Positions 1 to 10,002 of a DNA stretch of 64,000 nucleotides are shown here, in pieces; position 1 is the stretch's first letter; each line of letters begins with the position of its first letter. The stretch is from an uncultured Desulfosarcina sp. Lineage in GTDB: Bacteria; Desulfobacterota; Desulfobacteria; Desulfobacterales; Desulfosarcinaceae. The stretch is taken from NCBI GenBank assembly GCA_963674945.2, contig CAXXWQ010000003.1:416001-480000 (forward strand), written 5' to 3'. Position numbers and translations under genes: made by a program. The notes beneath the pieces were generated by a model. It saw only the letters and a list, made by a program, of their open reading frames with translations, did no database searches and was not told the DNA's origin.

Positions 1-1050
1 CCCGAGGTTACCGTAGTCAACTGCCATGCCCTCTCTACGGCCGAGCGTTTCGTCGATGGCCAGTGACTTCTGGTACATCTCTTCCGCTCGATCAAGCTCT
101 CCGCGGATCTTATAAACGTTCCCGAGGTTGCTTAGGGCTTCCGCAGTTTCTATAGTCTTATTCTCAGCGCCACTTAGACTTATCCATTTTTCAAGAACCA
201 TAGCCGCAGAATCCAAATCGCCGGTACGGTAAAAAAATTCATACCCGAGAGACAATATCCGTATATCCGTAGTCTCTGAAACAAGCTTCGTCAGCTTTTC
301 TCTTGCAAACTCGATTTTGCCTTCCTTTGAAAATTTCGCAGCATCTTCAGCAATCTGTAGCTGCGTGGTTTCCAATTCTAAACGAACCTTTTCTGCAGCA
401 TCATTCGCTTTCTTTGCTTCCTCAGTTTTCTGAGAAGCTATCTTTTTAGCTTTCTCTACCTCCTCTAAAGCGGCTATTGGAAGTACAATCATATCAAAAC
501 ATTGGTCGGCCTTCGGCAACGCATCTTTGGCATAGGCCCTGAGATGACGATCAACTTCGTCCAGGAAAGATTGAGGGGAATCGAAATAGTGGTATAGTAT
601 TTGTCTTGTTTTTTCCAAGTGCATCCTGAAGTCCATCACTTTGCGCAACTGAGGCCCCGGATCACCCTCAGATTCAGCATCCACTCGCTTGAAGAAAACG
701 AAAATTTCAGGCGCGCGACTGTTCCTCCAGCGCTCTAATGCCCTATGAAACTCCTCTTCGGTGTAGGAGGAATACGGTTTAGCGTCCGGAGCGGGTTGCC
801 CCCAGCGCCTATGCATCGCCAAAATAAAGACGTCGCAACTGTCGATTTCTTCATTGATTACACTTTGGTTTCGCCGGCCGGTAGATGCCAGTGTGTCTTC
901 CCAACCCAAAGGCTCATATTCCACATTGGCTCCATCACCGAACCCTACATTGAGCTGATTAATCGCTTTCCTGAATATCCTACGCTCTTCCGCCAGATCA
1001 CCTGGCGAAGCGATAAAGACTCTGATTTTTCTTTTCACAGTTTCACTCAT
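1..1050 (-). CDS. DUF4062-domain + TPR protein (3' end runs off window)
   Basis: Not in ORF track; manual translation from ATG at 1050: MSETVKRKIRVFIASPGDLAEER...SYTEEEF (DUF4062-like), then TPR-like ALSNLGNVYKIRGELDRAEEMYQKSLAI. Confidence 0.8.
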   Translation of the reverse strand, partial: MSETVKRKIRVFIASPGDLAEERRIFRKAINQLNVGFGDGANVEYEPLGWEDTLASTGRRNQSVINEEIDSCDVFILAMHRRWGQPAPDAKPYSSYTEEEFHRALERWRNSRAPEIFVFFKRVDAESEGDPGPQLRKVMDFRMHLEKTRQILYHYFDSPQSFLDEVDRHLRAYAKDALPKADQCFDMIVLPIAALEEVEKAKKIASQKTEEAKKANDAAEKVRLELETTQLQIAEDAAKFSKEGKIEFAREKLTKLVSETTDIRILSLGYEFFYRTGDLDSAAMVLEKWISLSGAENKTIETAEALSNLGNVYKIRGELDRAEEMYQKSLAIDETLGRREGMAVDYGNLG

Positions 1051-1106
1051 TTCCGGTTTTTGAGGAGCCTCAAATCGTCGAACGATCTATCAGACATAAA
1101 AACGAT

Positions 1107-1580
1107 TTAATCAAAGGTCTGGCCCTTCGGGACCGCTGAATTTTCAGGTTGGATTTTTTTTCGTCTTCTGAAATTTCGCCATTCATTTTTGTCCAAGTAA
1201 GCAAATGATTGCGGTGCATTTGCCAAGGTTTTGCATTCATTCAAAGGTATCGCTTTATTGAACGACTTAGGATTATCAAGCAAATAGCATTTGCCAATCT
1301 CATATCCATAATAATATTTTGAAAAGTCCTGGTAGTTGATGAACCCTAAACTTCCAAACTCTTTCCATAATTTTTCAGGTGAATCGATAATGCATTCTTT
1401 TACATCACAGTAGCCTAATATTTCTTGGTCTGGTTTCGTTGAATAGATAACGATCTTTTGAATGTTGGACGGTACTCCATTGCGCCTGAATTCGACTGTT
1501 TTCTTGCCAGACAATATTGCTCGCGCATATATTGGATTTATTGATAAAATAATTATATGCTTAGTCTTGTTTTGATCCAA
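1107..1580 (-). CDS. ASCH/PUA-like domain protein
   Basis: ILSINPIYARAILSGKKTVEFRR motif and C-terminal APQSFAY. Confidence 0.85.
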   Translation of the reverse strand: MDQNKTKHIIILSINPIYARAILSGKKTVEFRRNGVPSNIQKIVIYSTKPDQEILGYCDVKECIIDSPEKLWKEFGSLGFINYQDFSKYYYGYEIGKCYLLDNPKSFNKAIPLNECKTLANAPQSFAYLDKNEWRNFRRRKKIQPENSAVPKGQTFD

Positions 1581-2927
1581 TTTACACCCTCTTGTTTTAG
1601 CTTCATAATTGATTGTGGGGCACCCTTTACAACCCCAGATCGTTTTAGCTCTTTTAACCCTAAAGGTGTCGTTAACCCTTTTACATATCGGAACCTAATA
1701 GCTAAAGTCGGTTTGATGCAAAACTCGGCTATGCTATTATAACTATATACAGTTCGTGAGCCAACATGTCTGGCTATTTCATTAGGATTTGTAGTACGTA
1801 TAAAATCTTCGACGGATCCTATTGCAGTAATTCCTTTAACATCTTCAGATCTATAGAAAAAAATGTTGTCACCAGTCTTAATTTGTTTATTGAGGGAATG
1901 GCATAGATATGCTTTTTTAATGCTATTTCCACAAGGACGAGTCTCGTTGAATATCTGGATTTGTGATTCCAGCTCAGGAAAGAGAGCTGAATGAAATATT
2001 GGTTTAATAGGAATTAAAAACGTATTGTTTCCTTTAAATAGAACACGCCTAGGACCATATTTGATATGGAATTCAAGAGGCGACATATCTTCAATATCTT
2101 GAGATGAATAAGTAAGTTTTTTATAAACGATTAATTCCCCGTTTTTACATTGTTTATTAAATACGCTGAATCCGAATGATTCTGAAAATGCGATTAAGTC
2201 ATCGTATTTTGGAAACGTTGTGAAATAGATATAGTCATAATTATTGTTGTCAGCATAGTCGAACACCGCCTTGAATAAAAGCTCGCCAAATCGCTTTCCA
2301 AATTCCATTTCGGATATCTTAAAGGTGCATAATTTTAAAGTCCGGCCTCTATCACCAGTTGGAACTTCTTCTTCGCTTTTAATTATACAAATTCCTGATA
2401 AACGAACCATTCCATCACTACATATCACATACGCTTCTCGATGATCTCTCTTGCATTTCGTCAACCACTTGTCAAACTTGGGGGAATAGTCTTGGCGTAA
2501 TGAGTTAAAAATTGGATCATTTTCATTCAGCTCGTATATATAAACTTTTTTAACGGATGGCGGTGGTGGCGGCGATTTATCAAAAAGATCAAGTAAAAGA
2601 GCTATCGCATCTTTAAGAAAGAACACTCTCGATTCAATACCTGATCGGTGGGCTTTACGGTGTAGCTTTTTATCTTCCGTGATTAGAAAATCAACTGCGT
2701 CACCTTTTACCGATGCCAGAAGGCAATTATCTACATAATCGTTACTGCCCAAGACAGGCTCGCCAACTATGTCTGGATCTAAAAGAGATAATGGAGGTGG
2801 GGATTCTATTCTTTCATATTTTTTTATAAGCCTTTTTCTTAACGTAGACCTTTCAGTATTCCTATCCCGATCTAAATCAAATCCGACAGCAGGATGAACA
2901 TAAATAGTGTTTCCTGACTTTTGAATT

Positions 2928-4493
2928 GTACGCATTCACAGGGTAACACCCATTGGATTAAATCCAGGAAAGGTTTGGCTCTAAATTTCGAAAATAGGAA
3001 GTAATGCACTCCACGAGAAAAGGAAAAGTCTGCTTTGCTTGTAAGCGACAGGTTTCTTTCAGTGACAATATCCGCTCAACCCAACGGTTTCCTTTCTCGC
3101 TTTGGGTGCCAAGGCTTCGTTTCCGCCACAATACACCAAAGCGTAGCGCTCTTTCGGCACGATTGTTTGTGGGATCGACGCCCTTGTGATCCATAAACAC
3201 CCATAGGTTGTTCATTTCCCGGATGATCTGCCGAGCGAGTTTTCCTGCATCCGTTTTATCGGGTTCCCAAAGGGACACGGTAAACAAGAAGAATGTATAA
3301 AAATCCGACCATTGCTTTGGGTCGGGTGGCTCTTTGGCAAACGATACCAGTTGTCTCAACCAAGCGGCGACGATTTCTCCGAAGCGACGTAAATCCGGCT
3401 TCTTTCTCTCCGCCAGAGAATCGGCCTTACGGATTAGATGAGCCAGGCACGTCTGGCGGTGAACCCATTTTTGATACAGGCCGTAACCGTCGCTGACCAG
3501 AATGCCGTTCCAGTCCTGGATGAGTGCTTCGAAAGCCACCTTGGAGCGATGCGGGTCTATGCGATAGAAAGCAACCCGCTCGTTGACCATGGCCCACAGC
3601 CAGTGCAGATCGTTTTCTGTAAACCAGGAGGTCTCATCGATATAATTGCACCAGAAACTTCTGGCGATACCCCCGATACGTTCATACACAGGCAAAATCG
3701 CCATTGAAGTGCGGTCAACGATTTTTTGGATCGTCCCCGTAGCAATGGGAATGTCTAACACAGAGTCGCATAACTGCTTTACGTCCATTCGGCTCATCCC
3801 TTTAATACCGCTTAATTCACCAACAAATGCGGTAAATCGGGGACCGTATCCGCTCGACAGGGCAGATGGCAGCTTGGCTTTGACAACCTTCCCGCAATTG
3901 GGGCAATCGCACTTGTGCAGAATATAGTGGCTGACTTCCATTTCGATTTTGGGAAGTTCGATCTGTTGATGGGTGTAAAAAGGCTTCATCTTTTCCTGAT
4001 CGAACACCGAATGACCACAACTGCAGCATTTTGGCATCAACGAATGTTGCTTTGTCGGCTCGAGCAGTTGTTGCTGGTGCGGTTTGTGTCCTTTTTGTCC
4101 GCCTTTGGATCGCTTGCTCTTTTTCTGTTTTCTTTTCTGCTTGCTAAAAGGCGGATCGGATGAGGGCGGTTTACTGGAATTACGAGAATTCATTTTGGTC
4201 TGGACTTCAAGTTTCTCTATGCGTTTTTCATGGGTCTCAACCCATTTTTGCATATCATGAAGCGCCTGTTCCAGATATAGGATGTAATTTCTCACCGCCT
4301 CTGGTGTCAGTTGCCAATCGAGTTCTGAAAATGGTCTTTTGAGTGCCATGAAAAGCACTCTAACATAGTTAAAAGAAAAAATCTAGATTTATTTTAAATT
4401 ATTTCAGGCAGTTACGGTGCACACAATTTATGCTTTGTTTTCAATGGGTTAAAGGCCATGATGTCAGCCCTAAAATGCCCCGTGAACGGTTAC
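2928..4493 (-). mobile_element. IS66-family element, single-ORF (ISBst12-like) type, 1566 bp
   Basis: Termini GTAACCGTTCAC / GTGAATGCGTAC; 8-bp TSD TTTGAATT at 2920-2927 and 4494-4501. Confidence 0.95.
2958..4358 (-). CDS. IS66 transposase (TnpC-like)
   Basis: NSSKPPSSD, zinc finger, DETSW, SDGY, CLAHLIR and TNNRAERALR motifs. Confidence 0.95.
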   Translation of the reverse strand: MLFMALKRPFSELDWQLTPEAVRNYILYLEQALHDMQKWVETHEKRIEKLEVQTKMNSRNSSKPPSSDPPFSKQKRKQKKSKRSKGGQKGHKPHQQQLLEPTKQHSLMPKCCSCGHSVFDQEKMKPFYTHQQIELPKIEMEVSHYILHKCDCPNCGKVVKAKLPSALSSGYGPRFTAFVGELSGIKGMSRMDVKQLCDSVLDIPIATGTIQKIVDRTSMAILPVYERIGGIARSFWCNYIDETSWFTENDLHWLWAMVNERVAFYRIDPHRSKVAFEALIQDWNGILVSDGYGLYQKWVHRQTCLAHLIRKADSLAERKKPDLRRFGEIVAAWLRQLVSFAKEPPDPKQWSDFYTFFLFTVSLWEPDKTDAGKLARQIIREMNNLWVFMDHKGVDPTNNRAERALRFGVLWRKRSLGTQSEKGNRWVERILSLKETCRLQAKQTFPFLVECITSYFRNLEPNLSWI

Positions 4494-4694
4494 TTTGAAT
4501 TAACCTATGAAACTCCAGGGCATGATCCGTGTTAATTCCAAAATCGGAAATTGTCCCTGGTTCTAATGGGACAATGATGTTTGTATCAATTAAGAATTTC
4601 ATTGGTCATATTAATTCAAGGCCAGCACTCTGGCTCTTAGGTAAGGGCCTCTTTTTATATATAATTCTTGAGTAGCCGATTGTTTGGCATTCAT

Positions 4695-5483
4695 TCAAAT
4701 ATATAGCGGACTCTTATAGCTGTTTTTTGTTAACCATTTCTCATATCCATCTATCTCTGGACCACCGAGATTCATTGCATATTCAACACCAAAGATTGCA
4801 AAAACAACAAAGAACTCACTGTCAGAGGTGACAAGGATTTTAAACTCATGAAGAACCTCGTATGGTTCCCCGCCAGGCTCGCAAAACAGAAAATCGCTTG
4901 GGTATATCCGTCGGACGCTTATAGGCCAGTCGTTATGCCCGCAGTTCCATCTGACAAAGTTACGCAGATCACTTAGCTCTGGTTTGAAGGCAATATCATA
5001 ATTTGCACCAGCCACATTAAGCGCACGGTGAGCAAGCACCTCAAGCCCAACCTTACCAATGAACCGTGCAAGTGAAGGACAGGGTTCTGGCATCGGTGTG
5101 TGGGGCAGTAAAAGAGTCCCGAAAGTGTTCTTTGTATAAGATTGAATCCAACGTGAAGGATCTTCATCTCTCGCTGCACCAACTGCAAGCCCTTCTCCGT
5201 TAGGTAAGTGGAAAGCCTCAATTTTTGTGCGAGATTGGACATGGAATCCCGTGATATATGGGATTCTTCCCCGTTTATTTGGGACGGCCATTTGAAAACG
5301 GGCCTCTGTAAGGTGCAGAGATTCTAAAAAGGGTTTTTCGATCTTAATCGAAAAATAATGGTTGCATTTGTCGCATACCCAACCACGTGGAAGAACATGG
5401 TCAGTGTTTCCAAGAGACTCAGGGATGATATGCTCCACAGACTTTGACGAATTAGATACTGATTGGCAAAAAATGCAGTTCAT
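4695..5483 (-). CDS. HNH endonuclease
   Basis: CIFC...EHIIPESLGN...VCDKCN. Confidence 0.85.
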   Translation of the reverse strand: MNCIFCQSVSNSSKSVEHIIPESLGNTDHVLPRGWVCDKCNHYFSIKIEKPFLESLHLTEARFQMAVPNKRGRIPYITGFHVQSRTKIEAFHLPNGEGLAVGAARDEDPSRWIQSYTKNTFGTLLLPHTPMPEPCPSLARFIGKVGLEVLAHRALNVAGANYDIAFKPELSDLRNFVRWNCGHNDWPISVRRIYPSDFLFCEPGGEPYEVLHEFKILVTSDSEFFVVFAIFGVEYAMNLGGPEIDGYEKWLTKNSYKSPLYI

Positions 5484-5493
5484 TGTCTAAGTT

Positions 5494-5610
5494 GCCGAAC
5501 GCTGCTGTTCACCAGGCGGGCGGCGCCAAAGGAAAGCCGCCATAAAGCGAAAAAAAATACTTAAAAAAACGCCGAGGTAGCCCGCTCAGTGTGCAACAGC
5601 CTTGTTATGG
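5494..5610 (-). other. attC-like integron cassette site (117 bp)
   Basis: Minus strand CCATAAC-aagGCTGTTGCAC...GTGAACAGC-agc-GTTCGGC: AAC/GTT cores, imperfect inverted repeat with extrahelical base, located between the kinase stop and HNH start. Confidence 0.75.
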
Positions 5611-5624
5611 TTTTTTAACTTTGG

Positions 5625-6791
5625 TTAATTCAGTGTTTCAATGTTTTGAAAGGCTTGGTTCAATTCATCAACGTTTTTAAATCTTATATCGTTGTCTTTG
5701 TGAAGACCTTTTTCAATAAAGTCTTTTAGGTTTGGCCTAACTTTATCAAAGTTAGTTTTCCCTGTTAGTACGAAGTAAAGGATACGAGTTAAGGCGTATG
5801 TCTCGTGTAAAATATTATAATTGTTAAACCCTTCAACTAATAAATTGGGGTCATTCAAATATCCTTTAAACTCAGTACTTAGCGACGTAAGGCTACTATT
5901 GGGTATTCTAACCAGACCAAAGTCAGCAATTTTAACAACAGGAACATCATCATATAGCTTCAGTAATATATTTTTCGGGCTGATATCTCTGTGTAATAAT
6001 TTTTTTGAGTGTATATACCTGAAAGCTTGGATAATTTGATTTCCGAGTTTCTTTTTCTCTTGAAACGAAAGCTTTGTGTTATTTGCGATTATATAATCCT
6101 TCAAAGAAATATCCATAAAATCCATAATATATTCTTGTTTCTTGTCGTTATAACTGAAAACTTCGAGAATATAAGGAGAATTTAGAGAGTTCATTTGCTC
6201 AAACTCCCTCTTGAACCTTTCTATTTCTTTGTCATTCAAATCTTTTTTTGCTCTTTTAAGTGCAAAAGTTTTTTGGTAAAAATCGTCAAAATATTTAAAG
6301 ACTAGAGCATAAGAACCTTCGCCTATCAATTTTAAATTTTTTACAGTCTTTTGATTTTCAATAACAATTGATTTTTGAGGAATGAAAATCGGTATTGTAT
6401 AATATAGTTCAATTTTATCTGTATTTGGTGGAATTTCACTACCACCACTTCTACTTAAAAAAGACTTACATAAAGATATTATTTTTTGATAATTTTCATC
6501 AATTGTGAACGCAAGTTGTGAATGTTTAAGAGACCTTTCCAATGCTTCGATTATTGAAATAATATTAATTAATTCACGACTTGGATCTGCCCAGAAATGA
6601 GCCATACTACCATCGCTTGTTGGTAACCTCTCATTCATTGTGTCAAATAGGTCAATCAACTTAGCGTGAAGTGTCGAAAACAATTTTTTAAGCTTTTCGT
6701 TGCTGAATGACTCGTATAAATCTTCGTATTCATTGCTTAACGAGTCTATCAGCTTTCTATAATGAGATTCAATTGAGTTTTGAGTTTTCAT
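5625..6791 (-). CDS. Ser/Thr protein kinase with uncharacterised N-terminal domain
   Basis: IGEGSYALV, ALKR, HRDISPKNIL, DFGL motifs. Confidence 0.9.
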   Translation of the reverse strand: MKTQNSIESHYRKLIDSLSNEYEDLYESFSNEKLKKLFSTLHAKLIDLFDTMNERLPTSDGSMAHFWADPSRELINIISIIEALERSLKHSQLAFTIDENYQKIISLCKSFLSRSGGSEIPPNTDKIELYYTIPIFIPQKSIVIENQKTVKNLKLIGEGSYALVFKYFDDFYQKTFALKRAKKDLNDKEIERFKREFEQMNSLNSPYILEVFSYNDKKQEYIMDFMDISLKDYIIANNTKLSFQEKKKLGNQIIQAFRYIHSKKLLHRDISPKNILLKLYDDVPVVKIADFGLVRIPNSSLTSLSTEFKGYLNDPNLLVEGFNNYNILHETYALTRILYFVLTGKTNFDKVRPNLKDFIEKGLHKDNDIRFKNVDELNQAFQNIETLN

Positions 6792-6836
6792 ATTTCATAA
6801 CAACACTTCATTTAAACCGTTTGAGTTACTTCCAAA

Positions 6837-6902
6837 CCAGAACGTGCAGGTAACTTGCCGGGCGCGTCGTTTTGCCCGGTCAAGTTCACTTGCTGGTTAT
6901 GA
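6837..6902 (-). other. attC-like integron cassette site (66 bp)
   Basis: Minus strand TCATAAC-cagcaaGTGAACTTGACCGGGC...GCCCGGCAAGTTAC-ctgcac-GTTCTGG. Confidence 0.8.
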
Positions 6903-6912
6903 AATTTTGTTG

Positions 6913-7401
6913 CTATTCATATAGTGGTTGATGAAAATAATGTTTCACTTTGTCATCTATTTCCATCAGTTCACATAAAATCAGTATTGAGTGTTTTATT
7001 AGCTTCGTATCCCGAGAAATTTCTTTTGAAGAACCATGTTCAAATTTTCCACCATGAAAAAGATTGTTACGAATACGACAAATCATTGTTACCAAAAAAT
7101 GTATTGTTGGAGTATTTTTATCTAATGGGAAATCCTGCCATTCTAAATGACCATCCACAATAGCTTGTTTTTTAGGTGGAGACTTTTTTATATACTCAAC
7201 GGCCTGTTTGAAAGCATCAGATTTATTTTCATTAAAATCAGGACGAATTTTTTTTGCAAATTTTTGCCAATTGGCCGATACATAATCCTTATTTTCTAGA
7301 AATCCAGATGCTTTCAATGCATACTCAGATCTTGAAAAGATGTAAAAAAACTGTTCCGCATATGTTTTCTTCACTTTTAAGCAATCTGTGATTGTTTTCA
7401 T
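6913..7401 (-). CDS. HEPN-domain protein (putative RNase)
   Basis: RNNLFH (RxxxxH) motif in a small helical protein. Confidence 0.7.
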   Translation of the reverse strand: MKTITDCLKVKKTYAEQFFYIFSRSEYALKASGFLENKDYVSANWQKFAKKIRPDFNENKSDAFKQAVEYIKKSPPKKQAIVDGHLEWQDFPLDKNTPTIHFLVTMICRIRNNLFHGGKFEHGSSKEISRDTKLIKHSILILCELMEIDDKVKHYFHQPLYE

Positions 7402-7630
7402 ATTTTGTCTTTCATAACATTAATATTCTATAGGACTTAAAATAGATGATTTCATACTACCACGTATTTAGAACCAGTTCTTTATCAGGAAATTGGAAAT
7501 GTAGATGGACAGAATATCCAAAGATATTAAATATGTCAATTACAGGCTGGTATGGTTTCGAACGCGCAGAATTTGGTAGGTAAGCACCCTTGCCCAAGGG
7601 TTGCCACGAGTATCATCGTTTTTCCTATTA

Positions 7631-9286
7631 CCTGTTTCCGTGGCACAAAACCTGATTAAAACACTATAACCAATTGATAAAACATATATATTATGGTAAT
7701 ATTAGGGCACTAAACGCTCACTTCGGAGGTGAAATCAATGCGGCGTCCGATCACCATAAAACACGAGATGGAAAAACTTGCCAGTCATAGCGGATTGATC
7801 AATATCGGCGCATTACTTGATGCGATAAATTTCAGGTTCCGTTTCGAAAAGATCAACGGCGTCCATTGTGTAGACCCGAAAATTTCTCATGGTGACATTT
7901 TAGCTTCGATGATTGCTCTCATGAGTATTGGTAAACCTGATTACGATGCGATCGAGATTTTTCGTGAGAAGCAAGAATTTTTCAACAAGGCCATTGGCAA
8001 TCGTGCATGCCCGTCAAGCCCGACATTGCGTCAGCGAATCGATTTGATCGGCAACCAAGCCGATAAGCTGATTAAGGATGCAGGCGTTGATTTGGTTCGA
8101 TCCTGCGCTCCGGCGATTTCACCCATCCAAACCAGTGCGGGTGATTTCCTTCCTTTGGATATGGATGTGAGTCCGTTTGACAACTCAAAGACTCAAAAGG
8201 AAGGCGTTTCCAGAACCTACAAAGGCACGGATGGCTTCGCTCCGATCTTTGCCTACCTGGGCACCGAGGGGTATCTGGTGAATCTTGAGTTCAGAGAAGG
8301 AAAACAACACTGCCAGAAAAACACCCCCGAATTTATCAACGCCACCTTGGATTATGCCAGGCAAATTACCGATCAGCCTATTTTGATGAGGTTGGATTCA
8401 GGAAACGACAGTCAAGACAACTTTCCTGACGATTCACGAAAGAATGTCCACTTTATCATCAAACGCAATTTGCGTAGAGAATCTGTTCAAAAGTGGGTTG
8501 ATCTGGCAAAAAAATCCGGCAAGCAACAGCATTGCCGCTCAGGAAAATGTGTATGGATCGGAAAGACGATTGAAGACATCAACGGCAATCCATTGCGCTA
8601 CCCAATCATCTTTGAGGTTACCGAAAGGCATACCAAAAAGGGCCAAGTACTGCTGTTCCCCGAGTATCAGATCGATACCTATTGGTGCAGCCTCGCACAG
8701 TTGCCACCGGATGAGGTGATTCGACTTTATCACGATCACGGTACCAGCGAGCAGTTTCACTCCGAACTCAAATCCGACATGGGCCTGGAGCGCTTGCCGA
8801 GCGGTCATTTTTCCACCAATAGCTTGATTCTTCATTTGGCGATGCTGACGTACAACATGCTACGGATTATCGGACAAATCAGCATCGAAGAGAGTGATCC
8901 GACTGAATTGCCCGGTATACGCCGGAAGAAAGTTACCCGGCGTCGAATCCGGACAGTCATGCAGGACTTGATGTATATGGCCGGTCGATTAGTAACCAGA
9001 AGTAGAAAATGGTACATATCCTTTGGCCAACTCAATCCATTTTCCAAACTGATGGATCGGATTTATCTTCGTCTGAATTTGCTTTCCGCTATGAAGTAGC
9101 TATAATTTTTAAAAGAACAATTTTACAGGCATTTGCTTGGTGATTTGCTATGGCTAAAGAATGAGAAACAGGAGCAAAATTCCTTCGAAATTTGAAAATA
9201 GTGAGAAAAATTATCAACAAATGATGGTGTGTGAGGCAATCGCCCCGCGCCAATCCTAACAGCAAAAATTAGGCCACTGATTCAGG
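7631..9286 (+). mobile_element. IS1380-family element, 1656 bp
   Basis: Imperfect IRs CCTGTTTCCGTGGC / GCCACTGATTCAGG (11/14); 5-bp TSD TATTA at 7626-7630 and 9287-9291. Confidence 0.9.
7729..9099 (+). CDS. IS1380-family DDE transposase
   Basis: LDMDVSPFDNS, RLDSGND, YHDHGTSEQFHSELKSD. Confidence 0.9.
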   Translation: MKSMRRPITIKHEMEKLASHSGLINIGALLDAINFRFRFEKINGVHCVDPKISHGDILASMIALMSIGKPDYDAIEIFREKQEFFNKAIGNRACPSSPTLRQRIDLIGNQADKLIKDAGVDLVRSCAPAISPIQTSAGDFLPLDMDVSPFDNSKTQKEGVSRTYKGTDGFAPIFAYLGTEGYLVNLEFREGKQHCQKNTPEFINATLDYARQITDQPILMRLDSGNDSQDNFPDDSRKNVHFIIKRNLRRESVQKWVDLAKKSGKQQHCRSGKCVWIGKTIEDINGNPLRYPIIFEVTERHTKKGQVLLFPEYQIDTYWCSLAQLPPDEVIRLYHDHGTSEQFHSELKSDMGLERLPSGHFSTNSLILHLAMLTYNMLRIIGQISIEESDPTELPGIRRKKVTRRRIRTVMQDLMYMAGRLVTRSRKWYISFGQLNPFSKLMDRIYLRLNLLSAMK

Positions 9287-9371
9287 TATTAACTATAGGC
9301 TCCCCGCTCTCAGTTCCAAGCTAAACCCCTCATCACTCATAACGCATCACACATCACCGCCGCAAAGCGGC

Positions 9372-9989
9372 CTAAAGTACCGCAATATCCAACGCCACCG
9401 GAGCCCATCGATCATCCGGAGAAACACGCTCGTATATCCTCAAATAGCTTTTGGATCCGACAACCTGCATACTGTCGCTGATCGCATTCATGGCCCGAAG
9501 CCATTTTTCGTCATCAATGGCCAGGCGACGAAGCCCAAGAATACGGCTGGTATTCAAACGCCCCTCCTTGTCAACCTGGAATGCATCCATGATGATGGTC
9601 TTGATTTCGTCCCGGCTGCCGTCCGCCCACTCCGTTATGCATTCGTCCACAAGCGCTTTTGCCGCCTTTAGTCGTTCGTCGAATGTCAGATGTTCGCTGA
9701 TGGCGATCTGGACCTTTGTTTTTCCGTCGAATGATACGAGTGACGTGTTCCCCTTGCGCCCCCCGAGAATGACGTCATATTTCTCGGCGGATAGCTCGAC
9801 GAACGCCTGGACATCCCCCATCGCCCTCGCCTTGAAATCGGCGATCTTCAGTTGAAGGGATTTCGCCGCATCCGCGATCTCGCATACCAGTTTATGGCGT
9901 TCCTGGTCGATCTCCGGGATCATGGACTTGGGTACCAGGCGGCCATGGGCGTCTCTCATGTAATCGTTCAGGTTCAGTTCTTCAGACAT
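9372..9989 (-). CDS. DUF3164 family Mu-like phage protein
   Basis: GGRKGNTSLVSFDG...FDERL..AKALVDECI...AFQVDKEG. Confidence 0.85.
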   Translation of the reverse strand: MSEELNLNDYMRDAHGRLVPKSMIPEIDQERHKLVCEIADAAKSLQLKIADFKARAMGDVQAFVELSAEKYDVILGGRKGNTSLVSFDGKTKVQIAISEHLTFDERLKAAKALVDECITEWADGSRDEIKTIIMDAFQVDKEGRLNTSRILGLRRLAIDDEKWLRAMNAISDSMQVVGSKSYLRIYERVSPDDRWAPVALDIAVL

Positions 9990-10002
9990 CGTTTATCCTC
10001 CT

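Larger units (their letters stand above)
1553..4602 (-). pseudogene. PIN-GNAT-EVE/PUA fusion gene interrupted by IS66
   Basis: 5' part 4602-4494 reads MKFLIDTNIIVPLE...HRLIQ (PIN start). Removing the IS and one TSD joins in frame to KSGNTIYVHP...; then FLITED (PIN), KLCTFKI...GKRFGELL (GNAT), KKAYLC...GAPQSI (EVE/PUA-like). Confidence 0.85.

Noticed and set aside
745..1110. + strand 121-aa ORF
   Set aside because: Shadow of the DUF4062-TPR gene on the minus strand
1077..1154. Additional attC (ATCCAAC...GTTCGAC) between ASCH and DUF4062
   Set aside because: Cores are present but the arms barely pair; too degenerate to call
7419..7630. intI gene or a definite attI site
   Set aside because: No tyrosine recombinase ORF; only a GTTATGA core site is visible
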